Shown in pieces: positions 51,939-63,801 of a stretch of 64,000 nucleotides of DNA; positions within the stretch are counted from its first letter, which is position 1; each line of letters opens with the position of its first letter. The notes beneath the pieces were generated by a model. The model worked only from the letters and a program-made list of their open reading frames with translations, was not told the DNA's origin and did no database searches. The DNA is taken from NCBI GenBank assembly GCA_047495785.1, contig JBLDXI010000003.1, positions 3,472,001 to 3,536,000 on the forward strand. The letters are read 5' to 3'. This DNA is from Lepidodermella squamata. Its lineage: Eukaryota > Animalia > Gastrotricha. A program made the translations under genes and the position numbers.

Positions 51939-52502
51939 TCTCATTCAATGCTGCCAGCCTTCTGACGTGATGTCTTTGAAGCAATCATATCATCTCACTT
52001 TTGAGGTCATCACATTATAGGCGCTTTCAACTGCGCCGCTTTCATTCCACTTCGCTTTATCGAGTATATAGTGCGTTGCCGAGAAACTTGAAGTTGGCTG
52101 GGAATTAGAATAACTACTGCGTATTACGTGGACATTTTTTAACCTATGTACCTATATTCTATTTGTGTTCGCTTGCTCATCGACGTTGCCGAAATTAGTT
52201 TTTGCCGCCTTTTCATCTTGTAATGTATGTCGCATTGATAAATTTGAACATTAACTTCATGTTAATTTTGAATTATTATTGGAATAAATTTCACGAGCTT
52301 TAACAGCATGGACTCAATTAGACATCTTGGAAAAAACGAAGCAATTTTCAAATGTATTTATTGATATTCAAAATGTATTTTCTTTGTCAACTTTCAATTA
52401 AACTTTCAATATGCGATTTGACAATCATTCATCACGTTCATAATCTGAGTTAAATAAAGATCACGGAAGTCATAGATTAAAGAAATCCCAAGGTTCAGCT
52501 GA

Positions 52503-53781
52503 TTAGTAAGAATGGTGGTTGCTGGCGGCCTTCTTGCCTTCCTTCTTGCCCTTCTTGCCACCCTTCTTACCGCCCTTCTTGCCACCCTTCTTGCCACCCT
52601 TCTTCGAAGCCTTCTTGCCATGGTAGTCGCTGTTGCTTTCCTTCTTGGAGCTGGCGCTCTTTTCTTTAACGCTGTAAGAGCCTGAGGACTTCTTGCCCTT
52701 CTTGCCGCCCTTCTTGGCAACCTTCTTAGGGGCGCTGGCGCTCTTCTCTTCTTGGGCGCTGGCGGAGAGTGAGGCCTTGAAGTTGTGGGAGGCGTGTTCA
52801 GCCGAGGCGGAGGCGTGCTTCTTGGACTTCTTGGCCGAGGCCTTGCGGGCGTGGGCAGAGTCGGATTCGGAGGTCTTCTTCTGGCTGGCCTTGTAGTCAC
52901 GAGCATTCTGCGAGTCACGGGCGACGGAGACCGAGGCGCGGCGCTTGTGGGCCTTGTTGCGCTTCGCCTTCTTCGAGGCAGCGGCAGCCGAGGCCTTCGA
53001 GTCGCGGGAAGCGTAGGCAGCAGAGTGGGCCTGGCGAGCCTTCTTGCCGCTGGCCTTCTTGCTCTTCTTCTTGTGGGACTTGGCCTTGGCAGCGGCGGCG
53101 GAGTCAGCCTTGGCGAACGATTGCGAGCCGGATTCGTAGCTGAACTTGTTGACCTTGTTGTGGCCCTTGTCGGCGAAGGTCTTCTTCTTGAACTCGATGG
53201 CCTCGCCCTTCTAGTCACGGGCCTGATCCTTGGTGTAGCCGCTCTTGCGCTTGTGGTCAGCACGGCCGTGCTTCTTGCTACGCTTGTGCTTCTGGGCAGC
53301 GGCGGCAGCACCAGAGTTCTTGTAGGAGTTGTCGTGCTTCTGGACGGCGGCCGAGCCACTTTCACGGATCTTGCGACCACGGCGGTGCTTGGCGGCCTTC
53401 GAGGCCTTCTTGTCGTAGGCAGAATCTTGCTTGCCAGCAGACTCGTAGTTGGCAGAGGCGCGTTCAGCGCTGGCCGATCGCTCCTTGATCAGTTTCTTCT
53501 TGTCGCTGGTCTTCTTGTTGTGGGAAGCATCGGCCGAGGCGTAGTCGGCGTAGTTGAATTCGGCTTCAGCAGAGGCGGACTTGCGGTCGTAGGTGTCGCG
53601 CTGGGAAACTGAGGCGGAGAATGAAGCTTCCTTCTTTTCACCACCCTTCTTACCGCCCTTCTTACCACCAGCATAGGCTATATAAGAAAATAATTGAGGA
53701 AAACAATTGGTCGAATTGGGTTCGCAACTTACCAGCAGAAACGAGGAGACCGACGAGTGCGAGTGCGAGAATGACACGCAT
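52503..53781 (-). pseudogene. Divergent family B gene B4 with one in-frame TAG (null allele, recent pseudogene or base error)
   Basis: Exons 53781-53733 and 53677-52503. Signal peptide MRVILALALVGLLVSAAYA. TAG at 53213-53211 where paralogs have AAG (QARD-K). The frame then stays intact to ...KKGGKKGKKEGKKAASNHHSY TAA (407 codons if read through, 171 aa if truncated). Confidence 0.7.
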
Positions 53782-53894
53782 TTTAAAAATGATAAAACTA
53801 AAAACAATTATAAAGAATTTTAAGTAAATATTGCATTTCTTTTATCGAGATTCCATGTCTCAAAATATAACGATTTTCAGGTTTTCTTCGTTCT

Positions 53895-55078
53895 TTAATA
53901 GTGACGGCGACCGTGCTTGAATCCACCGCGCTTGCCGTTGGAGCCAGCCGAGGCGGAGGCGGAGTTCTTGTTGACTGAGGCCGAGGCGAAGTTGCCACGG
54001 CGACCCTTGTGACCGAAGAAGCGACCACCACGGCGGCCATTGCCAGCCGAGGCAGAAGCAGATCGCTTGTTAACCGAGGCAGAGGCGAAGTTACCACGAC
54101 GGCGGCGACCGAAGAATCCGCGCTTGCCGTTGGAGCCAGCAGAGGCGGAGGCGGAGTTCTTGTTGACGGAGGCAGAGGCAAAGTTTCCACCACGGCGACC
54201 ACCATGACGGCGTCCGAAGTGGCCACGACGGCCACGGAAGTTGCCGGCAGAAGCAGAAGCAGAGCGCTTGTTAACCGAAGCCGAGGCGAAGTTGCCGCGA
54301 CGACCACCATGACGGCGGCCGAATCCGTGACCACGACGACCGCGGAAGCTGCCAGCGGAAGCAGAGGCGGAGCGCTTGTTGACCGAGGCAGAGGCGAAGT
54401 TTCCTCCACGGCGGCGACCGTGGCCGAAGTAGCGACCAGCGTGATGGCGACGGCCGAAGCCCTTGTGGCCCCTGCGGCCCTTGTTGGAGCCAGCCGAGGC
54501 GGAGGCGGAGTTCTTGTTGACTGAAGCCGAGGCGAAGTTGCCACCACGACGACCCTTGTGGCCAAAGAAACGGCCATGACGGCGACCACCGTTGCCAGCC
54601 GAGGCAGAAGCAGAGTTCTTGTTAACGGAGGCTGAGGCGAAGTTACCGCGACGGCCCTTGTGGCCGAAGAAGCGACCGCCACGGCGGCCACCATTGCCAG
54701 CTGAAGCAGAGGCGGAATTCTTGTTAACTGAGGCAGAAGCGAAGTTGCCGCGACGGCGACGACCGAAGAATCCGCGCTTGCCACGCTTGTCGCCAGCCGA
54801 GGCGGAAGCCGATTTCTTGTTGACAGAGGCTGAGGCACCGTTTCCACCACGACGACCACCGCGCTTGCCGTGGAAGTTGTGGATCAGACCAGTCTTCTTG
54901 ACGTTGTCGACGCCAGCCGAGGCGGACGCCGATTTCTTGTCAACGGAAGCCGAGGCATCAGCAGAGATGGCGGCTGGAAATCGTGTGAAAAGATAAAATC
55001 GCTGGCGATTACTGAAAAATGTTAGGACTTACCAACGCAATACAGGGCGAGGACTGCTGCTACGAGAGCGATACGCAT
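53895..55078 (-). CDS. Secreted silk-like repeat protein C (~374 aa, 2 exons)
   Basis: Exons 55078-55033 and 54973-53895. Signal peptide MRIALVAAVLALYCVAAISA, then 10 copies of [NF]ASASV[ND]K[NKR]SASASAG separated by Gly/Arg/His/Phe spacers. Ends HGRRHY. Absent from the ORF track because the exon 2 frame has no start codon. Confidence 0.9.
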
Positions 55079-55122
55079 TTTAGTGTAATGAAAAAATATA
55101 TTTAATAAATTATTGAATGAAG

Positions 55123-55253
55123 CCGATTGATGATTTCTCACCGGTTTCCTGCCAGCTTTTAAAGCCGTAGTTGTTTTTGTGCCAAACGTGTTGCGCAATT
55201 CAATAACGATTGAACCAGTCACGAGCTCGGTCTACTTGGGCGCCGCGCACGTG
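55123..55253 (-). promoter_or_regulatory. Putative core promoter of gene C
   Basis: On the minus strand: CACGTG 55253-55248, TTGCGCAACA 55198-55189, TTTAAAA 55163-55157, ATCATCAATCGG 55134-55123. Confidence 0.55.
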
Positions 55254-55453
55254 GACGAAATTTTTCCAAGGTCAAAGAGCTATTTTCATTTTCAATGAAA
55301 AACATTTATTCATTTTAATTTCATTTCACAAACACTGAATGATCCATTTTAAAGAACATCACACTCAAGGTATCTTTTTTTCAAAAATATAATGTTTATT
55401 GTTATAAATTATAAAAAAATGTTATTATTGTTATAATATGGTATCGGTTGCTT

Positions 55454-56488
55454 TCAGATGTCTTCATAGTCGGTAGCCTCAGATGATAAGCACAGACCAG
55501 GCGATTCCCACCGGCCGAGGCCATCGCAGCGAATTGTTGTCGCATTCATCGCAATAAAACCCGATCGGCAGATCAAAGACGCAGCTGTATCCGTGTAATA
55601 CGGCTCAATCGTATCTGGTCGGTAGTAGCCATCAGCCACGTGGGGCAGATGGAAACACCCTACAATAAACACGCTAAATTACTCTCGGAAATCGATTTTA
55701 GGAATGATACTTATTCGCTGGCAGAACCCTTGAACTTCGCCGTCCCACAATCCTTCCTCGGTACAGGTAAAAGTCGCTGGTACCAGGAGCCGGTACCCAT
55801 ATTTGCAATCGAAAGAGGCAACACTCCCAACTGCATATCGGCCCCATTGATCGATCTGGTTGCTGTAAATAAATCCAGATATGGAATCTTCAGCCAGAGG
55901 CAAGCAGCCTAAAAAATAATTAAATTTTAAAATAATTCAAATTAAATAAATTTAAATAATTTAATATTTTTACCTCTTCCTGGTATGCATCGCGGAGCTG
56001 GGTAGGACCAGGATGAATCATTCTGGCATGTTATCGAATCTCCGCCCGTTAGAATGTAACCAGAATCGCAAGTGACCGTTCGAACTGATTTGCATATCGA
56101 TTCACCCTCGCCAATCACGCCATTAGTCACCTCTGGCATCATGTCTCCCTGGCATTCTGCCAAAATGAATATTTTAAATAAATTAAAAAATTAAAATCTT
56201 CTCACTTATGAGTTTACAAGTTAATTCTGACTTTGTCCATTCTCGGCGGTGGTTACAGCGAATAAATGGTGTATCTGTTCCAGATCGTTTGTAGCAGGCT
56301 TTACATTGCATTTCTAGGATCGTTCCCACGCCCCGATTACCAGCCGGGCCGACACCGGTCCTTACTATCCAGAATCCATTTTCAATAGGCGGAGGATCGT
56401 CGCATGAATCTTTTATCGGGCTGGTAAGACATGACTTAAAATTAGCGGCGGTGAATATTAAAATCAAAGCACTGGAGCTGAAGATCAT
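55454..56488 (-). CDS. Secreted protein with four CCP/sushi domains (~289 aa, 4 exons)
   Basis: Exons 56488-56206, 56156-55974, 55908-55711, 55659-55454. One CCP module per exon with phase-1 introns. Signal peptide present; no TM segment. Confidence 0.85.
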
Positions 56489-57159
56489 GCCACAATAGTT
56501 CGAAATAAGAAGCTGAGTATGAAGCGTTTATCAATATGCACTGGTGTATGAGGCGTTTCAGCCCGATGAAAACTGCGTGTATGCTGGGGTGTAGCCGTGG
56601 CATGAACGTGGCGCAGGGTGGAAGGGGAGAAAACGCACTCGGAAACGCGTGCTAATTATCGCACTCAAATGTGCTGGCATTATTTAATTCATCTTCATCA
56701 GGGTATTTAAATACACGAATTTCGAGTTCCCTTTACGCTCTTCTCAATTTTTTAAAATTCTGAAAAATTTTAAAATTCATAATAAATAATAATTTAAATA
56801 TTTTTCCATTATTTTAAATTTTATTGTAATTTTATTCATTTATTTGATTCATTAAAGCTAATTATGCACATATTTATTAAGGCCGTATTTTTTGTCTCCC
56901 CGCGCAAACAGAACTCAATTGAAACTACGACTCATATTGCATCATGATTCATCGCATCATGCAATAGTCGATAAGAGCGCATTTTTTGCTGGTGTGACCG
57001 TCATATCGTCATACTATTGCATCATTTTCCTATATAAACATCAAGCAACCAACAAATCTCCACATTTTACACTGAAATGATACATTCTATAGCAAAATTA
57101 ACAGATTCAACTCATAGAAACTATCACTTGACTTATCCGACGTAGAAAACAGCGATAAT

Positions 57160-59050
57160 ATGACAGCGGCGGTACAGTCGCAACCTGTTGTGACCCATGC
57201 CTTTCAAGCGGCTGGTCCAACTTTTACGGCACCGGCAACAAATGGAGCATCTAATGCTACGCCGGCTCAAACGACGGCATCGAAGCTCATTTTCTGCGAC
57301 CCATTAAAGGTATGAATGCCAAAAATATATAAAAATTAGTTTATGTTTAAATTAATAATTAAAACTATTATATTTAAAAATTTGAAAATAAAATTTAATT
57401 AATAAAAATTAATAGTTTTAATTATTAATTTGATTTTTAATTAATTTTCTCTATAATTTTATGAATTTTATTATTTTTCAATTTACGACGATTTCAAGTC
57501 TTTCAAAGTTCAATTCAAATTTAACGATTTTTTAGGCCGAAGATGCTGTTGAATTTCTTGAGCAGCGGCTTAATGTTGGGCATGGAGAAACTTTGTTAAT
57601 CTTGGGATGCGGCGGCATTGAAGGTGAAACACCTGGTCTGACCCCGGCTGAACTCGAAGCAAGTCTTGCCAATCTCGGCCAACTTTGCCAAGACCCGCGA
57701 ATTCAGGCTTCTTTCTCGATTCTTCGCGAGCAATCAATGAACGGTGATAAGAAACGAATGCTTGCCCACGTTTTAGTCCGTCGCGAAGTGCCTGAAACTG
57801 ATTTCGCCGAAATTCGAGTCGCCGTAGTTGGCAATGTCGACGCTGGAAAATCAACCCTACTCGGCGTTCTGACCAACAACGAACTGGACGATGGCCGTGG
57901 CAAGGCCCGACTCCGATTACTACGTCACAAGCACGAAATTGAAACCGGGCGAACTTCATCGGTCGGCTATCAAATCATGGGCTTCAACTCGTCGAATGAG
58001 CAAGTTCTCAACAATGACCGGGCAAAAATTTGCGGCGAGTCGGCTAAAGTCATAGAATTCATCGATTTGGCCGGGCATGAGCGCCACCTTAAGACCACTG
58101 TTTTCGGTCTAACGGGTCACATGCCCGATTTCTGCATGTTGATTGTCGGGTCGAACATGGGCTTGGTTGGCATGACTAAGGAACATCTCGGCCTGGCGTT
58201 GGCTCTCAACGTTCCGGTTTTCATCGTTGTCACAAAAATCGACATGTGCCCTGGTAATGTTTTGCAGGAGACGCTTCGAAATTTGCAGCAATTGCTGAAA
58301 TCATCCGCGTGTGGCCGAAAAATGCCGCTGATGGTTCATTCAATTGATGAAGTCCTAGTTGCAGCGGCGAATTTTTCTTCGATGCGAATTTGCCCGGTTT
58401 TCCAAGTTTCGAGCGTGACCGGGTTGAACCTGGACCTTTTGAAGACCTTCCTCAACTTGCTGCCCGCTCGAACTATACCTGACCAAATTGATAACTGCGG
58501 GACTGAATTCTTGGTCAGTGAGACCTATGTGATACCTGGTATTGGTACTGTTGTCTCTGGAATCACTCTGAAGGGTTCAGTCAAGCTGAACGACACCCTC
58601 TTGTTAGGGCCCGATAAACTTGGGAGGTTCGTTCCTGTAGCAATTCGGTCAATTCAGCGACACAAAATGCCGGTTTCCATGGTAACGGCAGGTCAAACGG
58701 CCGCATTTTCCCTGAAGAAGATCAAAAGGTCGCAAGTTCGAAAGGGCATGGTCCTAGTTTCGCCTGATGTCAAGCCAGTTGCCACGTATGAATTCGAAGC
58801 TGAAATTTTGATCCTACATCACCCGACTACGATAACAAATGGCTATCAGGCGGTTGTTCACGTTGGATCGGTTCGGCAAACAGCGACAATTGTCTCGATG
58901 TCGCAGGAGAGTCTTCGAACTGGCGATCGGGCGAATGTCAACTTTCGATTCGTTAAAGCTCCTGAGTACCTAAGATTGGGGTCGAAATTTGTCATTCGTG
59001 AAGGACGAGCAAAAGCTATTGGAACGGTTACCAAAGTAACGCAGAAATAA
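57160..59050 (+). CDS. GTPBP1: GTP-binding protein 1 (translational GTPase, GTPBP1/2 family), ~554 aa, 2 exons
   Basis: Exons 57160-57309 and 57536-59050. Motifs: [80 protein letters not shown]. Confidence 0.93.
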
Positions 59051-59241
59051 TATGATAATATGCTTGAAAAATTCTGATTAAATAATAAATTTGATTTATT
59101 GGAAACTGTACACTTATGTCATAAATCGGACGAATTAACAACACGGCAACATTTAATTGGAGCAAACGGCATTTTGCAATTTAATTGAATCAACTATGCA
59201 AATTAGGAAACTAGAATTTTAAAATAAAAAAGCTAATTCAT

Positions 59242-62200
59242 CTATGCGTAACTGTATCTGTGTGCACTGTGTGGCCGGCTCATCTGAACAAAGACCGGCC
59301 GATGAGACCCCCAAGCCTGCTTGGCCGGCTTATTCCGAGGCGGTGATGATACTAATCGGTCCCTGGAATCTGAGAAAACACTCGATGCGGGGCGCGGATT
59401 TTTCAACTTGGCCACAATTTTGCGCGCCTCCTGGATAAAACCAGCCGGGTACCACATATCCGGTCGCGTTCTACAGTCGTTGTCGAACAACTTCTGACAG
59501 TACCTAGCGTCAATATGCCGCCGCTTGCCGTCGATAATCTGATTATCGTGAGAATGCCGGAAGTGGCCGTGTTGCGTTAGCTTTCGCAACGCCATCGCCC
59601 TGGCTGAGGAAGGAGGCGTCGATCTGAGATCTCCGGCCGAGGAAGGTCGTGATTGGATCACGTAATTGCGTTTCGAACACCGCTTCTTTTTATCGCCTCG
59701 CTTCGAGGCCGGGCAAAATTGTTTAACAATAACTATTGGCTCGCGATGATGATGTTTCCCATGCTTTTTCCGCTTGTGATAAGCTGCCATAGTCCTAGGG
59801 CTTATCACCCTTGTTTTCGGGTGAGAACAATGCGAAGAAGACGATGATGAGGCCGGCGAACTTTTTGTCGACTTGCTCGATGAACTTGATGATGATGAAG
59901 ACGAAGGCCGTGGAGACGACTCTGGCGATGAATCATCCTGTTTAGGCTCGTATCTCGGAGGCGGGCGAGCCGAATTTTGCTGATTCATAAATTCTAGCAG
60001 CCTCAACTGGACCTGGGTTAATTCATTCAATTTATACTCAATAGTTGCTGTGTCGATAGTAGGAATTGGAGGAGGTGGCGGCGGCGCTGGGATCGTATCT
60101 GGCTTAATGTTGATATCAAGCTGGTGGACAGGAGTTCCAGGCCGCGAGTCTTGGAACGGTGGCGAATACCCATTGCCATCCTCCTCATCGCTACTCCCGG
60201 AATAGTCGATTTTCAACTCGCTGGAACTTCGAGGTGGTACTGGCGTCGAAGCCCGTGTTGTTTGCCTCGGCGTACTGCCTGGGGTGACTAATTTCCCATT
60301 AACATTCAACTTTAACATCATTTTCTGAGGGACAGAAGGGGTAGACGGGGGCGGGGGAGGTGTTGATGGGATTTGCCGGATTTGCTCCTTCAATTCATCA
60401 ATTTTCTCCATCGACCTTCTCATCGTGTCTTGCTGAACCTTTTGCGTGGATTTTATTTCGATTAGAAGCTCTTCCGCTGTTTTCAGCATCTCCTTACAAG
60501 CCGGATCGACAGCTACTTGAACTGGCGGTGGCGGAGGTGGGGCAGAGGGCGGTGGAGGTTTAACCTCATCAATCACAGTTATCTTCGCCTCTGGTTTTGG
60601 TAGAAGAGCTGCAGGAACAGCTTGTGGCTTATTATCGTCGACTTTGACCTCATTTAACGGCTCGACCTTTTTCGCGCAGCACCATTTTAGGCAAAGCACG
60701 ATAATTAATATGATAATGACGATGAATTGAAAGCCAACGACCAGGCCGAGGATGACCCAGTAAGAATCAGTGCTATCAATTCTGCTCACAACAGCCGCCG
60801 GGGTCGATGCCGGGGTCAAATAATGGTCTTTCGTCGTTGTTTCAGTAGGCTGAGTTGGCGTGGTGGTTGCCTGCTCTTGCCGGCCGGGAGTGATAATAAT
60901 AACAACAGGCGGCTGCTTCGGCGCATTAGTGACCTCAGGCTGCTGGCCCTCAGCAATTCTCGCAACATTAGTCACGCCGGTAAAAGACGCGACAAACATG
61001 TTGTGATTTTCGCATCTCGCTGTTTTCCACTGATAATTTCCGCCGTTTGAATTCGCAGTGACAACGCATTCATACGCTGTATCAGGCTGGCTCGGCGCCC
61101 AGTTGTCGTAGCCCTCAGATTCTGGCGTGGTAAAATCAGGCCAGATGTAGCCGGTATTTCTCGCGCCAATCCATACGTAGTTATTTACAGGATCAGCCGG
61201 CGGTTTCCGAGCCTGTTTCACGCCGCCAGTTCGCGGCGCCGGCCATATTGTCTTGAAATTAGTCACCCTACCATGCCGGTCGTAATACCCGTCGTCGCTT
61301 TGAAAAATTTGCGATTGATAAGACTTTGGCTGCTGCTGTGGTGATGTGAAATTCGTCAGCGCAATTTCAACATCCAACTGCCGCATGTAGTCGTCGAGTT
61401 TCGCCAAATAACCGCGGTTATCTTCACAGTACTGTTCAGCCTCGTCAAAAGTCGACGGCCGTTCCTTAAAAAACGCGTAGCATTTGTCGAGGAAACACGC
61501 TTTGTAGTCGAAATGTTGATTAATAACAGTGGCTTTGTCGAATTCGCAGATGAAAGGATGCCGTTCCTCGCAGTCGAGGTCCATCCAAAAATTGCCGTCA
61601 CTTCGCGAAATAGCGGCACAACCCCTCGCCAACGCCGGTCGTTCTTCAACCCAATGGCTGTATGTATCATTGCTCGAGAAGTTGTACTCGTAATTCTCGG
61701 TTGTTAAACACGCGTAACCGTTACATTTCGCATCGAAATCGAGAAAATCCGTGCAAAAACATTTCAGTGACTCCTAAAAATAATAATTATTAAGGAGGAT
61801 TTTTTTTAATTCTGGAAAAAATTACCAGATGAAACGCGGCGAATTGTTTTTTGTTGTATTGGCAATATGAGACGCAATCTTTGGTGCAGCTTAGTTTTAA
61901 TGGCGACCTATCGGCCTCCTGAGCCCCGGAAACTTTGAAGAAACCTTGGCCTCGAATCGGGCTCCCGTCAACTATCCATCGCCACATTGTTCGGCCTCGC
62001 TTCAGGCCTATCATCGCAGTGCTAAATTGATTGCGAGATAACATATCGGCAACTGCCGAGTCTTCTTCGGCATTTCGAATTTTCGCCAACCCACCCTTGC
62101 CGTTATTTTCACCCAACCGGCGTAGGAAATAACTCGTCGCGGTGTCGTAGGAATAAGATCGGACGAATGATGCTGTTTTGAAGTAGGTATTGCCGACCCT

Positions 62201-62350
62201 AATCAGGTTAGGATCGCCTAGAACGGCCGGGTAAGGTTGGTAGCGAATCGACGCCCTTGGCTTAGCCGCTGTATTGAAAATTCGAAGAGGGGCTGGTTGG
62301 ACATGGAAGATCAGTGAGTAAATAATTGAGGCCAATAAAGGTAATATCAT
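59242..62350 (-). CDS. Type I membrane protein with two C-type lectin-like domains and a long Pro/Ser-rich tail (~1018 aa, 2 exons)
   Basis: Exons 62350-61826 and 61773-59242. Signal peptide. CTLD1: AMIGL...WMDLDCEERHPFICE. CTLD2: CYAF..TFDEAEQYC..GYLA..VWIGA..WAPSQPD..ECV..WKTARC. TM segment YWVILGLVVGFQFIVIIILIIVLCL. Confidence 0.85.
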
Positions 62351-63801
62351 TTAAAGATACTAAAAAAACTTTGAAAGAAATAAAATTAGGTATTAATTGC
62401 TTAAACCGCAATAAAATTGGTATTTTTTCGTAATTTGATAAGACTCGTCATGCGAAGCGGTGTGTATTTACACCTGTCGCTTGACAACGTGTCGATCGAT
62501 GTCGATTTTTGGCACTCTGCACGTAGCTATGGCCCATCACAGGTGAGCGTGTTAGTCGCCAGGTGACTACTATTAGTGCGTTGTTTATGAATGCGCCTAA
62601 AAATTGATCTACAAGTTGTTCGATTCATCGCGCGTTCTTGTTGCCAATTTGTGCGGCCGCGTACATGATCGATCAGCGCAAAAATGTGTACAAACAACAA
62701 AGCTTAAAGGTGGTCGGTGCTGCCAGTGCTGCTGGTACAACTCCCTTGTTGTCCCATTTCGGACAGTGATATACCAGCTGTGGTCCTCCTGTCGATAAAT
62801 CGTCCGCCTTAAAAATCGGATATCGGGTCATTTTTACTCAGAATTGCGAAATGATTGATTGAAAGTGATAACTTGTGACGGTTGGTGTAACAAAGTCCAA
62901 TGGCTTGAAAAATTACATTCTAGAAAACACTTTACACTAAATCGTGGAATGAGAATCCGCCAAGCAAATCCGATTTAAACACACTCATTCTCAATAATAG
63001 TTTGATGAATCATAAATCAGCGGATTGGTCAGAGGCTCGGCGATTTTTGAACTAAAAATTCCCGGTTAAGGTGGACAGCTCAAATGCGATGTCGATAATA
63101 AGAAGGCTGATAGTTATCGGCCAACTTAATTCCACGAAATTTTATCACTTAAAGAGTAGAAAGAAAATGGATCATAAAATCCGATATATAAACGGCGCTT
63201 TTTTGGAAACAAATTTAGCAATAACCGCGGCAATTTTTATGACAATCAGCGTTAAATAAAAAAATTCTGAATCCAAATAGCGCATTGATCGGGAAGAGGC
63301 TTCTCTTATATGTAGTACCCTTGAAATCTCAAATTGTTCGTGATTTTTTTCGGTGTTCGGAAACATGGTATTAAGGGTCGTTTAGTTTCCAATTTTTCTT
63401 TACTGTTTCATTGAATTTTATGGGGTTAACGAGTGCTATTGGTAAATACTCGCCTTATTATTTTATTTACGAAACGCCATTCACTGGCGAAAACAACACT
63501 ATCGGTTTTATGGATTCTCGTGTTCTAGAGAACGCGTGGTAGCTAGTCCCAGGTTTGGTCGCACGCCACTAAAAAGTGGTTTTATCATCAACAAATTGTT
63601 TGCATCAGGTGTTACAGCTGTAGGTTTTTCACTGTTGAGAAAAACCGCCATTTTTTTATGAAAATGGATAAGTAATACTTTTCGGATTTATTCGGAAAAT
63701 GCGTTTTTCTCGTGCGCTCTTAATTGCTGTATTCCTAATTAGCCATGGTATAGGAACTTGCCTAAATTCGAATTAATTTAATTTACTCTATAATTTCAGC
63801 T

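Noticed and set aside
53895-54973. Gene C as a neuropeptide or antimicrobial peptide precursor (many RR/KR sites and Gly-basic motifs)
   Set aside because: Not excluded but disfavoured. Basic pairs are scattered irregularly through the spacers, and the conserved unit is a Ser-Ala module with no consistent amidation/cleavage frame.
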